From positions 124,001-188,000 of the IMG/VR virus record IMGVR_UViG_3300044974_001280: a stretch of 64,000 nt of DNA; one strand, given 5' to 3'. Under the pieces are notes generated by a model. It had not been told where the DNA came from. It saw only the letters and a list, made by a program, of their open reading frames with translations, and searched no databases. Position numbers and translations under genes: made by a program. This document shows, one piece after another, positions 57,966 through 64,000 of this stretch. The first letter of the stretch is position 1, and every line of letters starts with the position of its first letter.

Positions 57966-58700
57966 ATGGATCTTTCTTTGGTTGTTCACACGTGTGATTC
58001 GTACCATCAGTTTTGGTTTGGTATGTTGTATTCCTTAGACCTGTACTGGGATTTTGAAAAAATCCCTGTTTATTGGGCATCCGAAGAACGGAATGTCAAG
58101 GATTTTGAACTTTCGTGCAGGGGTCACCTCTTCAAGCCTAACTCCGCGATGCAAAGCATTTTGACCGGAAAGACGGATAAAAATGGATTTTCCACCAGAA
58201 TGAAAAAAACCTTATCCGAAATTACCTCAAAATGGATCATTTATCTCCAGGAAGATATGTGGCTAAAATCTTCTTTTCCCTATCCCGTTTTAGAACAACT
58301 TTTGCTGTTCGCAGAAGTCCAAAAGGCGGAATCCATCAAGATTCACACCAAATTACACTATTACGATGCCTACCGCCTAGATCCTACCCCTTACGTCATT
58401 AACAAGGTTAGGATCATGAAGCACAGTCAAGGAGAAAATTATCTCCACTCTCATAATGCAACTATCTGGAATAGAGAGTACTTAATCCAAAACATTGTTG
58501 ATGGAGAAGATCCCTGGACAAACGAGGTTGAAGGGTCTAAAAGAATGAGCAGCAAAGTTCACAATCATTATCACTATAACGTCCACTGGTATTCCCAGCC
58601 TGGAGTTTGTGATAAGGGCCAACCTTCAGCAGAGTATTACCTTATGGGTCCTATTTTAGATGACCTAATGAGCATGAAATTATCGTCCGAAAAATTTTAA
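57966..58700 (+). CDS. Putative glycosyltransferase
   Basis: TCDSY...W, YLQED, ATIW, PW..E. Confidence 0.55.
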   Translation: MDLSLVVHTCDSYHQFWFGMLYSLDLYWDFEKIPVYWASEERNVKDFELSCRGHLFKPNSAMQSILTGKTDKNGFSTRMKKTLSEITSKWIIYLQEDMWLKSSFPYPVLEQLLLFAEVQKAESIKIHTKLHYYDAYRLDPTPYVINKVRIMKHSQGENYLHSHNATIWNREYLIQNIVDGEDPWTNEVEGSKRMSSKVHNHYHYNVHWYSQPGVCDKGQPSAEYYLMGPILDDLMSMKLSSEKF

Positions 58701-58711
58701 AAATAAACAGC

Positions 58712-58993
58712 ATGCAAATCCCCCCTAAAAGAATCAGAAAGCCAGAGGATTCTCTGATGAAACATTATCAGGAACAATACGTCAGAAATCAAAACAAGTG
58801 GATTCGAAGATCCAAACTCTTGCCAGAACACTTAGATCAAGAATTTCTATTGGAAGGTGAAAAATACTGTCTTCGGGGTAGTACCAGTCCCGTTCAAGTT
58901 GTGGTTGAAAAAAAATCCACCTCCGAATACTTTATCATGTCCATTGATCCCGTTACAAAATCAATTTTAGGAGAGCCAGAAGTTGAAGATTAA
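58712..58993 (+). CDS. Hypothetical protein
   Basis: 93-aa ORF. Confidence 0.5.
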   Translation: MQIPPKRIRKPEDSLMKHYQEQYVRNQNKWIRRSKLLPEHLDQEFLLEGEKYCLRGSTSPVQVVVEKKSTSEYFIMSIDPVTKSILGEPEVED

Positions 58994-59224
58994 GATTCTT
59001 ACCACCTCGCCCAGAACACATCTGGAAGTTTGTTCCCTTATTAATCTTCATAAGGTTGAAATCTTAGAAAACAAATTTGATGAAGAAGGATTTTATAGTT
59101 TTTTTTTACTAGAAAGTCTACCTATCTACGTTGATGATTTTATTCTAATTCCCGACATAAAAGTTCACTGGAACAAGGAAATCCAGTAAAAAATGAGTCC
59201 TGATGCAGATATATAATCTCAGTT

Positions 59225-59626
59225 ATGGAAACTCAAAAACCGATTTCAGAGATCATCAGGGAGGTTTTACAGGATGAATTAAACTCTATGAGGGAAAGAT
59301 CTCCAGGCCACGATCTAAGGATCATCCAGATCAGCATGGAGGAACTCAAAGCAGCTCAGTCTGAAATGAAAAAAGATCTCTCGGAGCTAAAGAAAAAACT
59401 TCTGGATCCAGATGATGGTGTGATCGTCAAAGTAAACGAAAACACCAAATTCAGACTAGAACAACAGAGACAGAAGGAGAAAGATGAGGTTGAATACCGG
59501 AACCTCTTACTAGAACACTCTGACCTCATGAAGTGGAAAGGGGGGATCACCAAAGCTATGTGGATCTTTTTCACCACTTTGGTTGGGATTTTAGCAAAAA
59601 TCTTTTTCCTATCTGATACAAATTAA
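59225..59626 (+). CDS. Coiled-coil protein with C-terminal TM helix
   Basis: LLDPDDGVIVKVN; C-terminal AMWIFFTTLVGILAKIFF; GATATATA 59208-59215. Confidence 0.6.
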   Translation: METQKPISEIIREVLQDELNSMRERSPGHDLRIIQISMEELKAAQSEMKKDLSELKKKLLDPDDGVIVKVNENTKFRLEQQRQKEKDEVEYRNLLLEHSDLMKWKGGITKAMWIFFTTLVGILAKIFFLSDTN

Positions 59627-59635
59627 AAAAACACC

Positions 59636-59821
59636 ATGTCAAATCCACAAACAGTTGCTCCAGACCCTAAACACACCACCGACGATAATTTCGTCAAGTG
59701 GTACGATCAAAGGGCTTACAGTTCGAAAGTTGGCTCTCTGGGTATGAAGCAGGCCACGGTTGGTAAGCTCATGAAGTTTGAAGAGTTCAAAAAGACTTTC
59801 TCGAGCCTCCAATCTAAATAA
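59636..59821 (+). CDS. Small protein with C-terminal targeting-like motif
   Basis: LMKFEEFKK. Confidence 0.55.
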   Translation: MSNPQTVAPDPKHTTDDNFVKWYDQRAYSSKVGSLGMKQATVGKLMKFEEFKKTFSSLQSK

Positions 59822-59913
59822 TTTTTCTTTACAATTTCTTTCAATACCCTTGAAAAATTGAAATTTTTTGAATTTTTGGGCTATAAACAGGAGTTCATTA
59901 AAACAAATTTAAC

Positions 59914-60966
59914 ATGAAATTAAAATTGGAGTATGTTTGGTTAGATGGATATCAACCCGAACCAAATTTGAGATCAAAAGTAAAGATTTTCGATTATACC
60001 CCGTCAAATCTGAACACTCTTTCGCCCCAACACGCAAAACCTAGACCAGAAGAACTTCCAGAATGGTCTTTTGATGGAAGTTCCACCCGGCAGGCTGAAG
60101 GTAATTTCTCAGATTTGATTCTAAAACCAGTGAGGGTTTATGCAGATCCTCTCAGAATGGGCTTTTGCTATCTCGTAATGTGTGAGGTTCTAAATCCAGA
60201 CCGCACCCCACATTCTTCCAATACTAGAGCCTTGATCGGAAAGGATTCTCATGCTCTTTGGTTTGGGTTTGAGCAAGAGTATGTGCTCAGGTGGTTCAAT
60301 AAAAATAGTAATCGGCCGGTAGGATTTGAAAATTTCAACCCACCCGAGTCTCAGGGCAAGTATTATTGTTCAGTCGGTCATCCTTATTCCGCTGGCAGAA
60401 ATATTTCAGAGGAACATTTGGATGCCTGTCTTTCTTGTGGCATTCAGATCACAGGCACCAATGCCGAAGTGATGCTCGGTCAGTGGGAATATCAGGTTTT
60501 TGGCCAGGGAGAACAGACGGCCGCAGATGATCTTTGGATATCTAGATTTTTGCTCATGAGAATTGCAGAAAATTACCAGATCAAAGTTGACTTTCACCCC
60601 AAGCCCATGGGAGCAGAGGAAGATTGGAACGGATCAGGAATGCACACCAATTTTTCAAATAATAGAATGAGAGAAACAGGAGGGGAAGAATTTTTTAACA
60701 GCATTTGTCAAGTGCTGGAAAAAACCCACGATGTTGCTATTTCCCTCTATGGATCGGACAATCATCTGAGACTTACCGGCAAGCACGAAACCCAAAGCAT
60801 TTCGAAATTCAGTTGGGGTGTAAGTGATAGAGGAGCATCAATCAGAATACCCATTTCTACCTCTGATAAGTGGTTGGGTTATCTTGAAGACAGGAGACCA
60901 GGATCAAATGCGGATCCTTATAAAATCACCAAATATCTCTCCAACTCTCTCGAGGAATTAGAATAA
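59914..60966 (+). CDS. glnA: Glutamine synthetase (type II-like)
   Basis: LEYVWLDG, WSFDGSST, FGFEQEY, NAEVM.GQWEYQV, HPKP...WNGSGMHTNFS, RLTGKHET, DRGASIRIP, YLEDRRP. Confidence 0.95.
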   Translation: MKLKLEYVWLDGYQPEPNLRSKVKIFDYTPSNLNTLSPQHAKPRPEELPEWSFDGSSTRQAEGNFSDLILKPVRVYADPLRMGFCYLVMCEVLNPDRTPHSSNTRALIGKDSHALWFGFEQEYVLRWFNKNSNRPVGFENFNPPESQGKYYCSVGHPYSAGRNISEEHLDACLSCGIQITGTNAEVMLGQWEYQVFGQGEQTAADDLWISRFLLMRIAENYQIKVDFHPKPMGAEEDWNGSGMHTNFSNNRMRETGGEEFFNSICQVLEKTHDVAISLYGSDNHLRLTGKHETQSISKFSWGVSDRGASIRIPISTSDKWLGYLEDRRPGSNADPYKITKYLSNSLEELE

Positions 60967-60975
60967 ACTAAATTC

Positions 60976-61287
60976 ATGTACGATTCCCACCCGCCGTTCA
61001 AAGAAGCACTTCAGTTCAAAGATAAAGACAGATTTTGGGAACTCTTCCGTGAAAAGATTACCGAAGCTGTAGAACAAAGGTATAATTTCGCAGTTCTTTT
61101 TACGATGGGTCAAGATTTCAACACGGATGGTCCCAGCTATTCCGTAATCATTGAGAAAAAAGACTATGAAAAATTCCTTGTCAACTGCCAACTCTGGAAC
61201 GAAAGGACTGAAAATTACGAGGCGTGTGGGCAAATAAAAAAAACTTTACAACTTCTAAAAAAATGGAAAACTCAGGATTTAGACTAA
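60976..61287 (+). CDS. Small protein with UVR-like motif
   Basis: WNERTENYEACGQIKKTL. Confidence 0.6.
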   Translation: MYDSHPPFKEALQFKDKDRFWELFREKITEAVEQRYNFAVLFTMGQDFNTDGPSYSVIIEKKDYEKFLVNCQLWNERTENYEACGQIKKTLQLLKKWKTQDLD

Positions 61288-61487
61288 TCAGTTCACACTA
61301 CTTGAACGATATGAGAATAGAAAAGGGTGACATCTTAAGAGAGAAATCTTCCCAAAAAACTGTCAAGGTATTGAATGTACTTAAAAATAATGAAGGGAAA
61401 GTGGAGTTACTGGTGGAATATAATGCTCCAGGCTCTTTTGGAGTGCCCTTTCAAAAATCGCCGGATAGCTTTCAATTTCTGACCTAA
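61263..61487 (+). CDS. Hypothetical protein
   Basis: Short beta-rich ORF. Confidence 0.45.
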   Translation: MENSGFRLISSHYLNDMRIEKGDILREKSSQKTVKVLNVLKNNEGKVELLVEYNAPGSFGVPFQKSPDSFQFLT

Positions 61488-61582
61488 AAAATTCTGGCAA
61501 GAAAGATTGCTGTAAATTGTCTTTTGCACTTTAAACTCAGAAAATTCATTCTGGTCAAAACATATATACTTCTGAATCAGAA

Positions 61583-61825
61583 ATGAAAAATCATCAGAAT
61601 ATAGACCGATTGAATAGGGCTTTAGAAGTCTATAGTGACATCGTAAAATTTGGCGAGAAAAGTCTTGCCTTTTCCCAGCGGGAAGAATGTATTAAAGTTT
61701 TAGAAGATTTCGAGGAATATGAAAAATGTATGGATCTTCATCAGATCCACCCAGTAGAGCGCACCCAGTCTAAACTGAAAAAAAATGATTCAGAATTTGA
61801 AAACCGAACCGAGGATAGAGCGTAA
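61583..61825 (+). CDS. Small protein with UVR-like motif
   Basis: VLEDFEEYEKCMDL. Confidence 0.6.
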   Translation: MKNHQNIDRLNRALEVYSDIVKFGEKSLAFSQREECIKVLEDFEEYEKCMDLHQIHPVERTQSKLKKNDSEFENRTEDRA

Positions 61826-62057
61826 GGTGTACGAAAAAGCCTTATCTAGAATGGAAAAAATGGGCAGCAGCGCCATTAACCATCCTCATCTTCTCGAAAA
61901 GAGAGAAGACATTAAAGCTAGTTTGTTGAGATACTATGAGTCGACAGAGGAGTATGAAAAATGTCAGTACATCACAAACTTTTTCGCCAAGCTGGAGAAA
62001 GATATTCTACTCAGTCAAATTTTAACCTTGACCAAAGAATCAAAAACCGAGAAATAA
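61785..62057 (+). CDS. Small protein with UVR-like motif
   Basis: LLRYYESTEEYEKCQYI. Confidence 0.6.
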   Translation: MIQNLKTEPRIERKVYEKALSRMEKMGSSAINHPHLLEKREDIKASLLRYYESTEEYEKCQYITNFFAKLEKDILLSQILTLTKESKTEK

Positions 62058-62111
62058 TTAGCCGGGATAGAAACAGTTTTAAGATTTACACTACAGTAAA
62101 AAAATTTATTC

Positions 62112-63647
62112 ATGAGTCAAATTTCACTCAAGGACCTAGCCGAAAAATTCTCAGAGGAAATCTGGTCTTTACACGGTCAAGGTTTTTCTCATACTGAGAT
62201 AGCCAAAAAATTGGTTTCCGAAAAATTTCTAAATCTGGGCACTTCGGCCATTGATTCTTTTAGAAGAGCAATCTCTGCCAAGCTGTCAGAAGAATTACCG
62301 GAAGATGTTCTAAGACAATCGATCGAGGAAAAATTCAGGCAGGAGGAAATTCCTCCTTCTATGGAATTAGAAATCGACAAAGAGGAGGAAAAAATAGCCC
62401 GGTCTGCCTACAAAAAATACAAGCACAACACCAACTACTACTATGATGAGGCAAAAGATCTCTATATAGTGTACATCAAGAACAAAGCCTATCGATTTAC
62501 CGGCACCATCATTAGGGACATGAAATCCCGTTATTCTTCTCTGACCGGCAGTGCAGAAACCATCAACGAAATCTGTCGGAATTTCGAAATACCTAGAAAC
62601 ATATTTACCGCCCTTAAATCTATTCTGGGCTGGACCCACGACTCCGAACCCTATACCGACGAAGAAATGTTCGTCCGAGACGAGGAAGAGATGGTTTCAG
62701 ATGCTCTACAAAAAAGAAAATTTTCATTCTTCCAGAAATACACCCGGCAAGAGGAAAAAATGATCAAAGAGGCAGCCTCAAATTGGTGGGCTTTTAAGGG
62801 TCTGGTTATCAATCCTTTGGCCGAAAAATTATCCCAGGTTTTTGCCCAGTACGAGGTTCCTAAATTGACCCTGCCTCCCGGAGAACCTCATTCCCTCGTT
62901 ATTTCTCCCTTTGATCTGCACTACGGGAAATATGCCTGGTCAGGAGAGGTGAGGGATGAATACAACCGTCAAATGGCCCGGGATTTATTACTCGGAAAAA
63001 CTGCCTCCATCTTGTCCGATGTTGTTAAGTATCAGATTGAGAAAATTATTATTCCTGTAGGATCCGATTTTTTTCATGTTGATACCCTCGGTGGAACCAC
63101 GACCAAAGGCACACCTCAGGACTGCGATGGTACTTTTATCCAGATCATGGTGGAGGGCCAGCAACTGATGGTAGAATTCATCGATATCCTGAGAGGGGTG
63201 GCTCCCGTTGAGATTTTATTAACTGCGGGCAATCACGACTTCAAACTTTCTCATGTTCTTTTGGAGTATTTGGGAGCCTATTATAGGAGCTGTGAAGATG
63301 TAGAGGTGATTAAATGTCATAAATTCCGTCAGTACTACGAATACGGTGAAAATCTCATGGGATTCACGCACGGTGACGGAACCAAACTTTCAGAGCTTCC
63401 TTACCTTATGGCCAGAGAAGCTCCTGATTTTTGGTCCAGAACCAAACACAGATTCTTCTTTACTGGACACCTGCATCATGAGATGGTGAAGGACTTCAAT
63501 GGGGTGAAGGTTTATCAAATGCCGAGTCTGTCTGGTTCTGATAGATGGCATCACCAACACGGGTTTGAAGGATCCAATAGAGCTCTTCAAGCCTATCTGA
63601 TTCATCCCTCCGAAGGCATGAAAATAACTTTTGTTGCCTCAGTTTAA
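62112..63647 (+). CDS. Calcineurin-like metallophosphoesterase with long N-terminal (HTH-like) region
   Basis: DLHYG, GSDFFH, GNHD, HGD, GHLH; GAAAC-N17-TACAGT promoter at 62070. Confidence 0.85.
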   Translation: MSQISLKDLAEKFSEEIWSLHGQGFSHTEIAKKLVSEKFLNLGTSAIDSFRRAISAKLSEELPEDVLRQSIEEKFRQEEIPPSMELEIDKEEEKIARSAYKKYKHNTNYYYDEAKDLYIVYIKNKAYRFTGTIIRDMKSRYSSLTGSAETINEICRNFEIPRNIFTALKSILGWTHDSEPYTDEEMFVRDEEEMVSDALQKRKFSFFQKYTRQEEKMIKEAASNWWAFKGLVINPLAEKLSQVFAQYEVPKLTLPPGEPHSLVISPFDLHYGKYAWSGEVRDEYNRQMARDLLLGKTASILSDVVKYQIEKIIIPVGSDFFHVDTLGGTTTKGTPQDCDGTFIQIMVEGQQLMVEFIDILRGVAPVEILLTAGNHDFKLSHVLLEYLGAYYRSCEDVEVIKCHKFRQYYEYGENLMGFTHGDGTKLSELPYLMAREAPDFWSRTKHRFFFTGHLHHEMVKDFNGVKVYQMPSLSGSDRWHHQHGFEGSNRALQAYLIHPSEGMKITFVASV

Positions 63648-63661
63648 AAAAAAATAAACAA

Positions 63662-64000
63662 GTGGAAGAAACTGGAATTTATCATCTGGATCTGATCAGT
63701 ACCTGTCAGGTCAACCCCGAATCTTTGGCGAGGTTCTTACAAAAATTGAAAAAATTAGACATTCCCCCTGAGATGAAAGAAGCTGTTTCCGAGTCCTCTG
63801 TTATTGGTAAGTCTGGTAAATTGGAGATCTACATTGATGAAGGTGAAATCGAGATGTCCAATGCAGAGGAGTTTTTTGAGTGTGTCACAAAGGTGGAAAA
63901 AGAACTGTGCGAATTTGCAGACCATTCTAAAATCATTTGGACTTACAATTTTCCATTCTATTCCAAAGGATGGAAAAAAAATAAATACGAATGGGAAATT
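63662..64000 (+). CDS. Hypothetical protein (3' truncated by window)
   Basis: GTG start after A-rich leader; frame open to the window end. Confidence 0.5.
   Translation, partial: MEETGIYHLDLISTCQVNPESLARFLQKLKKLDIPPEMKEAVSESSVIGKSGKLEIYIDEGEIEMSNAEEFFECVTKVEKELCEFADHSKIIWTYNFPFYSKGWKKNKYEWEI

Noticed and set aside
45337-58700. Integrative element inserted at the tmRNA 3' end
   Set aside because: No integrase, and I saw no duplicated tmRNA 3' fragment (att site) in the window; phage promoters are interspersed through the island.
61495-61510. Sigma54-like site TGGCAAGAAAGATTGC
   Set aside because: GG to GC spacing is 11 nt rather than the required 10.
1-64000. Stop-codon reassignment as in some Bacteroidota phages
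   Set aside because: Conserved genes are full length in the standard code, and TAG, TGA and TAA all end genes at plausible positions.

Overview
This window is part of a large (jumbo-type, T4-related) lytic bacteriophage genome read in the standard genetic code. The host is most likely in the Bacteroidota: A-rich starts without Shine-Dalgarno sequences, a GEN...ALAA tmRNA tag, Hc1, DUF4494-like, ATP-cone NrdB and a Bacteroidota-style glutamine synthetase all point that way. It carries replication and nucleotide genes (UvsW, a family-B DNA polymerase split into two genes 21 kb apart, a probable sliding clamp, two topoisomerase II subunits, NrdAB, gp56-like dCTPase, a thymidylate-synthase homologue with the dCMP-type Asp, Adk), repair genes (UvsE, MBD4-like), chaperones (Hsp20, DnaJ, thioredoxin, ClpC-like), a tmRNA and an AT-rich glycosylation island. 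The most interesting signals are: (1) a GATATATA promoter motif coupled to about 20 unrelated proteins sharing a T4 capsid-targeting-like peptide (I/L-x-x-F-x-x-F...E), suggesting a large head-packaged, injected proteome; (2) a GC-rich tandem array of three LRR-like genes built from shuffled 63-bp modules with hypervariable surface positions; (3) a putative phage proteolysis system made of a tmRNA with an extended tag, an N-domain-less ClpC with an IGF loop, and at least five small UVR-motif proteins; (4) a probable modified-cytosine pathway. All calls come from motif recognition by eye; no database searches were run.
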